From contig CAVRAO010000002.1 of assembly GCA_963719035.1 (NCBI GenBank), forward strand, positions 384,001-448,000: a DNA stretch of 64,000 nt. Reading direction: 5' to 3'. Under the pieces are notes generated by a model. That model was not told where the DNA came from, did not search any database, and worked only from the letters and a program-made list of their open reading frames with translations. Shown in pieces: positions 35,749 to 44,331 of the stretch. A program made the position numbers and the translations under genes. The number at the start of each line of letters is the position of its first letter. Positions within the stretch are counted from its first letter, which is position 1. The stretch is from Methanobacteriota archaeon. GTDB lineage: Archaea > Halobacteriota > Bog-38 > Methanoflorentales > Methanoflorentaceae.

Positions 35749-36401
35749 GGTGGTCAGCGCAACATGTAGCTAATCGCCTATAAATTACTGCTACGCATCG
35801 ACAGTAATTTAAACGCAGCACGCTTCGCGGTGTCAACAATCTTCGCCCGTCCACGCACGGCAGGGCCAAGAGGGTTCGCTAGGCTGACGCCTTCTCGCCG
35901 AGAGACCGTGTTTAAGACAGGCTCATGGTTTCCTTTGTGGAACTAACTTAGTGCCAAGTGATATTCTTCGATTATTTGTTCAAAGTCCATCGCAGTCACC
36001 TGACTGGCGCTAATAACGCTTTACACGTTCTTAAATATTGCACGCACATTGCCGGTAGCGGCGACTGGCGGTATTTATCCCCGGTCTCCTCCGGGACGCT
36101 TATATGCAGTTAGGCGAGATTGGCAAGGCTATAGCAGCATATCGAGCTACTCTAACAACTGATCCAAGTTATGAAGTTGTGCAAAGAGCGTTGCGTAGGA
36201 CTTCAGAATCGAACTAGCCAGTTAAGGTGCGCACGCCGAATTAAGTCGAATGAAGCTGCTGCAAAACTCCGCGTTAAGGCGCTTCGACGATTTGCCATGA
36301 TCATCGAGCATAGTTTTTTATCGCGTGCAACGAAATTGACTCCAATAATCGCTGTACCGCATGATCGTGATGCTCCGAGGGTCGTGCAAGGAAGATAGCC
36401 G

Positions 36402-37526
36402 ATGATTAGCAAGGAAGTGATGTTCAAGGACCACCGGGTGATCGTCGATCTGAACTGTCCGGTGGTGCGGTTCCCACATAACCCCGTGCTTACGGCCAAG
36501 GAAGTAAACCAGGCGTGGCAGGACCCGGGCCTCCAGGTCACGACCGTCCACAACGCCGGCATAGCGCTGCACGGTAGCGACACAGTCATGCTGTTCCGGT
36601 CTCATCTTCGTTGCGGCATGAGCGTGCTCGGAGTCGCCCGTAGCAGCAACGGCGTCGACGGTTGGCGTGTCGAGCCGCGGCCGGCCATGGTGCCTGCTAC
36701 CGAAAGGGACGCCTTCGCCCCCGGCACCGATGCCAGGGCTCTCATCGAGAACGAGGCAGGCGGCGTTGAGGATCCGCGGATCACCCAGATCGGCGACACC
36801 TACTATATCACCTACAGTGCTTATCACGCGACAGTGAAGAACCGCGTGCGCGTCTCTCTGGCCACAACACGCGATTTCTCCCACTTCATGCGCCACGGCC
36901 CTGTGCTCGAGCGAGACATGCGGAATGTGGTGGTTTTCCCCGAGCCCATCGGCGGCCGCTACGCCGGTCTGTTCCGGCCCAATGACACCACGGGCGGCGA
37001 CGTCGGGGGCATCTACACGCAGATCAAGCTCGGCTGGACGAGTTCGGTCGAGTCTAATCGGTGGGAGATCCAGCAGGAGCCCATCATGAGGACTGGCGCA
37101 GGCCCGAGCGCTTTCTCGGACAAGATCGGTCCTGGCGCCCCACCTTTAAGGACCGCTAAGGGTTGGCTCAGCGTGTTTCACGGGGTGCGCACCACCATGG
37201 ACGGCAACCCATACGTGCTTGGCGTGGCGCTGCACGACCTGGCGGACCCGGCACGGGTCAAGATGTCAAGCATCCCTATCCTGCTCCCGTCCAGGGCTGA
37301 CTGCCACGTCGAGGACGCAGCCTACACCCATGTGCCGCAGGTCGTGTTCACCTGCGGACTTGTGCGCCGCGACGATGGCAGCATCCTCATCTACTACGGC
37401 GGCAATGACACGGTCATGAACGTGGGCGTGACTCACGAGGACGTGCTCATCGCGCTCTGCGAGAGCTACGGCCAGGACCCGCTGACCGGGCATCTCAAGT
37501 ACGATATTCGCGGCCCCCGAAGCTGA
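36402..37526 (+). CDS. GH130 family glycoside phosphorylase/hydrolase
   Basis: NPVLT..HNAG, GVEDPRIT..YYITYSAY, FPE, GPGAPP, VVFTCG, YYGGND; markedly GC-rich codon usage. Confidence 0.88.
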   Translation: MISKEVMFKDHRVIVDLNCPVVRFPHNPVLTAKEVNQAWQDPGLQVTTVHNAGIALHGSDTVMLFRSHLRCGMSVLGVARSSNGVDGWRVEPRPAMVPATERDAFAPGTDARALIENEAGGVEDPRITQIGDTYYITYSAYHATVKNRVRVSLATTRDFSHFMRHGPVLERDMRNVVVFPEPIGGRYAGLFRPNDTTGGDVGGIYTQIKLGWTSSVESNRWEIQQEPIMRTGAGPSAFSDKIGPGAPPLRTAKGWLSVFHGVRTTMDGNPYVLGVALHDLADPARVKMSSIPILLPSRADCHVEDAAYTHVPQVVFTCGLVRRDDGSILIYYGGNDTVMNVGVTHEDVLIALCESYGQDPLTGHLKYDIRGPRS

Positions 37527-37549
37527 GGAACTCGGAACTAGCCCCTATA

Positions 37550-38072
37550 TTAGTAGTTCATGATTCTGAGAGCTTTCAAGTAAACGTTCTTAACTCCGTC
37601 GTTCTTCTCATCTTGAACTATCTCTTCAATTTGTGACGCAAGTTCTTTTCTGATCGCAGGATTATTCTTTACGATTTCTACCAAGGCAAAGGCAGCACAC
37701 CAGCGAACGACTGTGCCTTGTCTTTGGTATTCACCAAAAGTTTGGGATTTGCCTTTTCAACTTCAGTTGGGTATTCCTGTGCCAGATTCCCTATTGTTTC
37801 AGGCACTCCCCACTTCACTCTCGGCGCCTTGTAGTTTATGTAGTCAACTAAATCGTCGATGTAAGGGCCACAATCTCAGACTTATCCTTTGAAACATGTT
37901 TTATAACGTCTGCAGCTGTTCCTTTTTCAACGTCAGAACCAGACTTCAAAATCTCAATTAGTTGAGGGAACTGTTTTTCATCTTTTTCTATGCTTTCAGT
38001 TAAGAATGCAATCAATTCCTTGGGTTTACCTTTCCAGGTTCTTAGTTCATCTGTTACGTTCATGTCATTCAC
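37550..38072 (-). pseudogene. HEAT-repeat protein, disrupted by two -1 frameshifts
   Basis: ORF 37848-38072 continues in other frames as YIDDLVDYINYKAPRVKWGVPETIGNLA.. and TVVRWCAAFAL..KNVYLKALRIMNY*. Confidence 0.65.
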
Positions 38073-38196
38073 TTGTCCGAAAGATAAATCGTACGACGTT
38101 ACACGTTTCTCAAAAAGCGTGCAGGTCGGAAAAACGTCAAAATTAACGAACCTCTCCGTCTCAGCGAGGTGCTTACAGCTCGTCTGCTTTCTTTTT

Positions 38197-38538
38197 TTAT
38201 ACAGATGTCTGTGACTGGTTATAGCTATTCTTTAAAAACGGGATTATTTGCTCCACGTCAGTTGTTGCATTAACACTTATTTGTGGCCATTTATTCATTG
38301 TTCGTTTTCCTGCTTGGAAAGGCTTAATCTCAAATTCTTTTAATAATTGAATTTTGTCTTGTTCGCGAACTTTTGTGAGAACAACGCCGTCTGTAACCAA
38401 AAATGCAAATAATTTTTCCTTATTTTTGTAACATGGACAACCATACATCTTTTTCGTCGTTACATTAGGCCAATTTAGAATCTCTTCTTCTATTCTCAAT
38501 CTGAGATTATGCATTTTTTCTTCATTGTAATATTGCAT
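38197..38538 (-). CDS. TfoX-N/MmcQ-like small protein
   Basis: WPNVTTKKMYGCPCY..KLFAFL, PF..W, C-terminal SY; very AT-rich. Confidence 0.6.
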   Translation of the reverse strand: MQYYNEEKMHNLRLRIEEEILNWPNVTTKKMYGCPCYKNKEKLFAFLVTDGVVLTKVREQDKIQLLKEFEIKPFQAGKRTMNKWPQISVNATTDVEQIIPFLKNSYNQSQTSV

Positions 38539-38759
38539 ATTAACACGCTGAGAATTACGCCTAACAGCATTATAAAGACAGACGCAGAAGCTCTAAATAA
38601 GGAACTCCGGTTGCTGGGTCGAATTCGTCCGTCAAAGCTGAATTACAAAGAGTATCCTCAGGGTCTGTTCTTAAGTCTTCTAAACGTTGTTACCGTATCG
38701 AATAAACGGGAGAAACTTTTTCGCAGCGCGCGGCGTGTTAGCCGATATAGGGTGACATA

Positions 38760-39136
38760 ATGGCCGAGAATATACTCACTGAGGAAAGCCGCTCTGATGT
38801 TCGTGAGGGAAGACTCGAGGAAGTCAAGGCGGCAATGAACGGGTTGGTCGAGTTAGTCAAGGCGAAAGAGCCCCGGATTATCTTCTACAATGCTTATATC
38901 AACGAGGACGGCACGCAACTGACCGTCCCACAAGCTCACCCTGATTCCGCACTGGTGGAGTTTCATATGGAAGTGACGGAGCCCACTTTGCCAAGATGGC
39001 AACGTGCATCACTATGTCAAGCCTCGATATCTACGGCACGCCAAGTCAGAGTTTGTTAGATAAGCTGCAACGCACCGAGTTCACGAGTGTGACTGTCGCC
39101 GGGCACGAACTCAGCACAGGATTTTCCCGGTTCTAG
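38760..39136 (+). pseudogene. ABM/dimeric alpha-beta barrel-like protein with one frameshift near 38985
   Basis: GRLEE..VKAKEP..Y..HPDS..FH; continues in another frame as ..LDIYGTPS..GFSRF*; RBS GGTGA. Confidence 0.55.
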
Positions 39137-39527
39137 CCTCGTCGTCAGACTGAACGTCCCCGTGTGAAAGCAAACGTTGATGTAACGCAATCCTCAATCA
39201 TCCGAATTGTTTGATGGACTATCTGATCAAGCGCCAACAACCGGAGCTTAACCCTTTTCCTCTTACGTGTGAACACTACTTTTTTCCACCCTTTATATAC
39301 ACGTCATAAACGTGCTCAGGAAGCGGATGTCTTTAGTTCTTCCAATCGATTTCCGCTCTTTGTTTTTTTGAGGCTTGATCTGATGACCAAAACATCGCCT
39401 CAGCGAGCGCAAGTCACTTTGTCGTTGTTATGCTGGATGACTCCTCAATCTGATAGCGCGGCTCGAAAGTGCCTGAAAACGGGGATAATAACTATAAGCG
39501 TGAAGGCCGACGTAAACGACGATTATT

Positions 39528-40007
39528 ATGTCTGCTGAAGAGAATAAAGCCGCTGTCCGCCATTTTTGGCAGGACCACTTGAATACTGGTAACGCGACTC
39601 TGTGCGAGAGTGACTTCGCTCCCGACGCCGTCAACCACGATCCCAACAGCCCTCCAGTCCCCCCTGGCCCGGAGGGCATGGCGCAACTCATCACTCTTTA
39701 CCGCACCGCCTTTCCTGATCTCACGGCGACCGTTGAGGACATGATCGCCGAAGGCGACAAGGTTGCTTACCGCCTAACGTTTCGCGGCACGCACCTAGGC
39801 GAGCTTATGGGTATGCCTGCCACGGGAAAGCACGTGACCTATACGGGTATCGGGATCGACACGGTCGTCAACGGAACGATTACGGACATGTGGCTCAACT
39901 TTGACGCCCTTGGCATGCTGCAGCAGCTAGGAGCTGTCCCACCGCCTGGGGAGATGGCAAAAAAGGCAGCGTACTACAAGGGCAAGGAAGTAAGGGGGGA
40001 AAAGTAG
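39528..40007 (+). CDS. SnoaL-like ester cyclase family protein with C-terminal extension
   Basis: EENKAAVR, AFPDL, AEGDKVA, GTHLG..ATGK, LQQLG; tail EMAKKAAYYKGKEVRGEK. Confidence 0.9.
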   Translation: MSAEENKAAVRHFWQDHLNTGNATLCESDFAPDAVNHDPNSPPVPPGPEGMAQLITLYRTAFPDLTATVEDMIAEGDKVAYRLTFRGTHLGELMGMPATGKHVTYTGIGIDTVVNGTITDMWLNFDALGMLQQLGAVPPPGEMAKKAAYYKGKEVRGEK

Positions 40008-40070
40008 CCAGGCAACACTCGATATAATTGTTTTTCAAGCTTCACGACGGAAAAAGAAACTTTTGAACAG

Positions 40071-40087
40071 GAGCCTAATACAGGCTC
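40071..40087 (+). terminator. Short inverted repeat between convergent ester cyclase and comDE
   Basis: GAGCCT-AATAC-AGGCTC perfect 6-bp stem; function inferred only from position. Confidence 0.25.
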
Positions 40088-40244
40088 CGACGTAAGAGCC
40101 TAGGTGGCAAAATCATATCTGCTGCCTAAGCACGTGCGTGACGTGTATATGAAGTGGTGGCCTCTCGGCAGAAGGCCACTGCCGAACGTTACCGCACAAC
40201 GATCAAAGAGTAATTGAATACCCCCCCATTAAGGGGCTTTGCGC

Positions 40245-41366
40245 CTACCCACTGCGCAAATGTGCCATAAAACGTCTTTTGATCTGATTTGCTGCATACG
40301 GTAAGTCCGGAACGTTGGCGTTCCCTGGTTTTATAACGACGTGAATAAACTTTGGGCCCACCGGGAGCTGCAATGCTGAAAGCAACCCCTCTGCAGTGTA
40401 CACCTTACGTGTGTGCTCGATACCAAAACTCCGCGCTAAAAGCTCCAAGTCAAGTTTTTGACTCGCCGTTTGCTGATTTCCGGTAGAACCGTACGTTCCG
40501 TTATCAAGAGCTACAACTGTGAAGTTGTCTCGTGCCTGTTGAGAGATACTGCAGAGAACATTTGGATTCATCAAGAGACTTCCGTCTCCGTCAAGCACAA
40601 CGACTTCGCTTTCGTTATAAAGGGATGTTCCAAGTCCGATCGATGAAGCTAAACCCATACTTCCAAGCATGTAAAAGTTGCCCGGTTGATCGCAAAGTGC
40701 ATACAACTCCTTGCACGGTATTCCTAAGTTGCAGACCACCGTCCGCCCTCGAAGATAGGGAACGGCTGCCTCGATCGCTTGATAGCGAGTCATCGTGGGA
40801 CGCTTAACCTGAGATTCTAGCGACAAAGCGGGGCATTTTAATCTTTCATATCCCGGTTCTTTAATGGCGTCTTGCTGCGTGCACGGCCACAACTCCGGCG
40901 AGACAAGCACGGCGACTGGCAAGCTTGTCTCAAATGATTCCTGTATTGCCTGACCCAAGAACGGCAGGTCCTCCACGGTGTGGACCTCATAGGTCGTGAC
41001 GTCAAGAGCGTTTAGCACTGCCTTAAGGTGCGTCCCCCAGTAGACTTGGGCGGGTATGCTCTCCTTATAAACTCCACGCCAACTTGCAACAATGGGCAGA
41101 GGAAGTGCGTAAGTAAAATTGAGCGACGATAAGGCGTTCAGAAAGTTTCCGATACCGGTGCTTTGAATCAGCATCAGCGGTTTGGCTCCTGCGAGAAACG
41201 CGCCTGCGCAGATTCCGACGCCATCTTCCTCCCTCGTGAGCGGAACTTCGAAAAAGCGCTTGCTTACAAGGGGCAACAGGTTCTTCAGCCTATCGCACGG
41301 CAATGTGGCTATAAGATCAATGTTATTTTGTTCGAAAAGCTCAACGGTTTCTTCTTCTGGAGTCAA
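40245..41366 (-). CDS. comDE: Sulfopyruvate decarboxylase, fused alpha/beta
   Basis: LPCD..REEDGVGICAG..QSTGIGN (ComD) fused to NFYMLGSMGLASSIG..GDGSLLMN..DNG TPP motif (ComE). Confidence 0.93.
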   Translation of the reverse strand: MTPEEETVELFEQNNIDLIATLPCDRLKNLLPLVSKRFFEVPLTREEDGVGICAGAFLAGAKPLMLIQSTGIGNFLNALSSLNFTYALPLPIVASWRGVYKESIPAQVYWGTHLKAVLNALDVTTYEVHTVEDLPFLGQAIQESFETSLPVAVLVSPELWPCTQQDAIKEPGYERLKCPALSLESQVKRPTMTRYQAIEAAVPYLRGRTVVCNLGIPCKELYALCDQPGNFYMLGSMGLASSIGLGTSLYNESEVVVLDGDGSLLMNPNVLCSISQQARDNFTVVALDNGTYGSTGNQQTASQKLDLELLARSFGIEHTRKVYTAEGLLSALQLPVGPKFIHVVIKPGNANVPDLPYAANQIKRRFMAHLRSG

Positions 41367-41379
41367 TATTGCCCCCCCT

Positions 41380-42672
41380 TTATGTTAGCACTTCTCGCAG
41401 CTCGGCAAGGTCTATGTCAGGCTTTGTGATGCGAATGTCGGGCCTTATCTGATAGCACTCTTTGTCTTCTTTTAACTTTTGCAAGCCGCCTCCAGTAATA
41501 TTGAGAAGCACAACATCTGAATCATCAATACCTCCGTTAGCTACAGCTTGCATCAACGACGCTGCAGCAACTGCTGCTGCCGGCACAATATCTATGCCTT
41601 CAAGATCTTCAAAGAGACGGGCAGCGCGTCGTGCTTCAATATTTGACACGGCGTACATCTGACCCCTCGTGTTTTTCAGCGCGTCAAATACCCCCCCTTT
41701 GACTGAATATGCTGGATTTCTATTCGATAAGACATCAGCATACAATTTTTTGATAGATTTTCTAGCGTCAGGCATATCGATAGCTGGTTCGATGGTCCTT
41801 CTATGAGCGTTCCAAGCACTGAACATAGGCACAAAAGGCAAGTTCTGGGACAAATGCAATTTCGGAAGCCGACCCTCCAAAAACCTGCCGTCGCGTTTTA
41901 GACGCAAAGAGGCCTCCCAAGCTGCTATCCCACCCGTTCCGCTACCGACCGCTTGAAAATAATGGTCTGGCGCTCTGCCGATGGTAACGGCAGCCTCAAG
42001 CATTACCGTACCCATCCCGTCACGCCGAGCGACGTTCATGGCTCCCCCTTCTGGTATAAGTCCAGGTAATGTTGCGAACCTGTTACCCAGAGCAATAGCG
42101 TCTGAATAGTCATTTCCTCGTCGAAGAACAACTAGTGTAATGTTCTCAGAAGGTGGTTCAGGAAGCCATAGCTTTGCTATTGCGCTTTCCAACCCGACGA
42201 GAACCAACTTAAGATCTGTGAAAGTTGTGGACACCGTATGCGCAAAAGCGCGCGCTGTGTTGCCAACTGAAGAAACAACCAACGTTTTCACCTTGCTTTC
42301 GACAGCTCGTTGCACAGTCGGTGGCGACTCCAGCTCTTTAAAGCTGCAAGTCTCAAGGATCGCGTTTTTTTCTGGCCAGTATCCGTTGAAACTAATAAAT
42401 AGGTCTTTTAGTCCAAGCTCTCGCGCAAAGCCCTCACTTTTGTATGTAACAGACCGGCCACATGTTCTCAATTTATCTATTGTTGGCAGCCACGCAGAAA
42501 ACCGCCACATACTTTCTTCCGCAGTAACTTCCAATTGATGGTCCTGGTAGACAGTGCGCAAAAGTGCGTTACCGCAACCACAACGTAACTCGTAACCCGT
42601 GCCAGAAACGTTTGAATGACAGCCTAAGCAGATAATTTTATAATGTTTCGGCGCCGAGTTGTTGATGTCCAT
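41380..42672 (-). CDS. Cysteate synthase
   Basis: Threonine-synthase-like PLP fold with FNGYWPE..TCSFKELE, ARRDGMG, HYFQAVGSGTGGIAAWE, LSNRNP, LNITGGG; adjacent to comDE. Confidence 0.92.
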   Translation of the reverse strand: MDINNSAPKHYKIICLGCHSNVSGTGYELRCGCGNALLRTVYQDHQLEVTAEESMWRFSAWLPTIDKLRTCGRSVTYKSEGFARELGLKDLFISFNGYWPEKNAILETCSFKELESPPTVQRAVESKVKTLVVSSVGNTARAFAHTVSTTFTDLKLVLVGLESAIAKLWLPEPPSENITLVVLRRGNDYSDAIALGNRFATLPGLIPEGGAMNVARRDGMGTVMLEAAVTIGRAPDHYFQAVGSGTGGIAAWEASLRLKRDGRFLEGRLPKLHLSQNLPFVPMFSAWNAHRRTIEPAIDMPDARKSIKKLYADVLSNRNPAYSVKGGVFDALKNTRGQMYAVSNIEARRAARLFEDLEGIDIVPAAAVAAASLMQAVANGGIDDSDVVLLNITGGGLQKLKEDKECYQIRPDIRITKPDIDLAELREVLT

Positions 42673-42814
42673 ACGTACATAATAAACTCCTATTTTTATT
42701 TAAATTTACCTAGTTATTGTATAATTGTATAAAAAATAGCTATTATTCGGTATATATAGGCAATCTTTTTCTATTTTTGCATAATTATATATAGAATTAT
42801 TCATAAAATTTAAT
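42673..42814. promoter_or_regulatory. AT-rich divergent promoter region between cysteate synthase and hdrC
   Basis: Several TATA-like boxes; imperfect palindrome ATAATT-a-TATATA-g-AATTAT at 42781-42800. Confidence 0.6.
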
Positions 42815-43414
42815 GTGATTATAGTGAATCAAGAAAAAGAATCAGAAAATGAAGTTTTAAGTGCTGAAACATCCCCTTTTGAGTTTTTGTACAAAAAGGA
42901 AAGTTTAATAAAGTGCTTACAGTGCGGGAGATGTACAGCGGGATGCCCAGCTGCAAAAGTATTCAGCGACTATAGCCCACGTGAAATCGTTAGGCGTGCA
43001 CAAGAGTGCACGGCAGACGAGCTCGCAAAAGACCCCCTTATCTGGCTTTGCGGTCAATGTTATACCTGCAATTCTCGATGTCCTCGAAATAACACTCCGG
43101 CCTCCATCATACTGAACGCGAGAAACAGAGCGTTCAAAGAGGGATACGCACCAGATGAGATCTACAAAAAAGCTTCTTTGCTGCTTCAATCTTTAGAAAG
43201 TAACGGCGTAACCGTTTCACCTGAATTGTTCGAGCACGACCTTGGCTTGTTGAGCAAACTCGTCGACCATAATAAGCTCACAACGCTGAGAGCTGAGCTG
43301 GGACTGCCTGCTCGAAACTCTCGAGACATACCAGTCCCAGCCAAAGCGCTCAAAGAGATTAGGACCATTTTGAAATTAACTTGTAACAAAGGGGGGCTTT
43401 TCAACGACCACTGA
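42815..43414 (+). CDS. hdrC: Heterodisulfide reductase subunit C-like
   Basis: CLQCGRCTAGCP and WLCGQCYTCNSRCPR 2x[4Fe-4S] motifs. Confidence 0.9.
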   Translation: MIIVNQEKESENEVLSAETSPFEFLYKKESLIKCLQCGRCTAGCPAAKVFSDYSPREIVRRAQECTADELAKDPLIWLCGQCYTCNSRCPRNNTPASIILNARNRAFKEGYAPDEIYKKASLLLQSLESNGVTVSPELFEHDLGLLSKLVDHNKLTTLRAELGLPARNSRDIPVPAKALKEIRTILKLTCNKGGLFNDH

Positions 43415-44330
43415 TCGGCTAGTCTTAACGTCTTCCAAGCTGCCCCAACGCTTGTACCTGTTCAAGAGTTGTGTCGCGGGGACTTTCTACCCGGGCATAG
43501 AACGATCATTCAGGTTCATACTGAATTCTTTAAACGTTGACTACTTCGATGATCCTAACCAATCGTCGTGCACCGGATTTGCAGGGCACTGCGGCGTGGT
43601 TCCGCCTGAGGCCAATCTCAGCCTTAATGCCAGAAATCTTGCGCTTGCTTACAATTCAGGGTACACCAATGTCGTCTGCACGTGCCCCACCTCATACGCG
43701 AATCTAAAGGAGTGTATTGGCGAACTTGACGACAACAAAACGCGGGCAGCAGTAAACGACGTTTTGAAAGCAGTGAACTACGAGTATAAAGGAGGCGTGA
43801 CGGTCTATCACGCTGCTGAGGTGCTTTATAGTCTGAAAGAAATCCTCGCAGAGCGTGCGAAATTCTCTCTTTCTAAGGTTAACATAGCAACGCATCACGG
43901 GTGCCATTATACAAAAGTATTTTACGACGAGGTAACTGGCGGGTTGTGGGAGTATCCTACTTTGCTTGATGAAATATGTGCGGCTTTCTCAGCGACACTC
44001 GTCGATTATTCTGAACGATCTTCTTGCTGTGGTCTTGGTTTTTCGCACCTTATCGGCGTAGACGAGTATACAGAATCAACAAGCTTTAGAAAGCTCGAGA
44101 GCGTACTCGCTGAAGAGCCCGACCTTATCGTAACGATGTGTGCTGGCTGCCAATTAATTCTCGATAGATTTCAGCGCCAGTTCGAAGAACGATTCGATCG
44201 GGTCGTACCTGTGTTAAACGTATCGCAACTCGTAGCATTGTTGCTTGGAGCCGATAAATCAAGAGACGCATGCCTCCAATTTGGGACGATCGATGTAGCT
44301 CCACTTGTTGAAAAGATGGAGGCCGTTTGA
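43404..44330 (+). CDS. hdrB: Heterodisulfide reductase subunit B-like (start ACG 43404 or TTG 43452)
   Basis: FKSC..YPGIE, HHGCHY, CCG, CAGC; two CCG domains. Confidence 0.9.
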   Translation, partial: TTTDRLVLTSSKLPQRLYLFKSCVAGTFYPGIERSFRFILNSLNVDYFDDPNQSSCTGFAGHCGVVPPEANLSLNARNLALAYNSGYTNVVCTCPTSYANLKECIGELDDNKTRAAVNDVLKAVNYEYKGGVTVYHAAEVLYSLKEILAERAKFSLSKVNIATHHGCHYTKVFYDEVTGGLWEYPTLLDEICAAFSATLVDYSERSSCCGLGFSHLIGVDEYTESTSFRKLESVLAEEPDLIVTMCAGCQLILDRFQRQFEERFDRVVPVLNVSQLVALLLGADKSRDACLQFGTIDVAPLVEKMEAV

Positions 44331-44331
44331 A

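Noticed and set aside
36171-36896. Antisense and alternative-frame ORFs over the GH130 gene
   Set aside because: Expected shadow ORFs of GC-rich coding DNA; no motifs.
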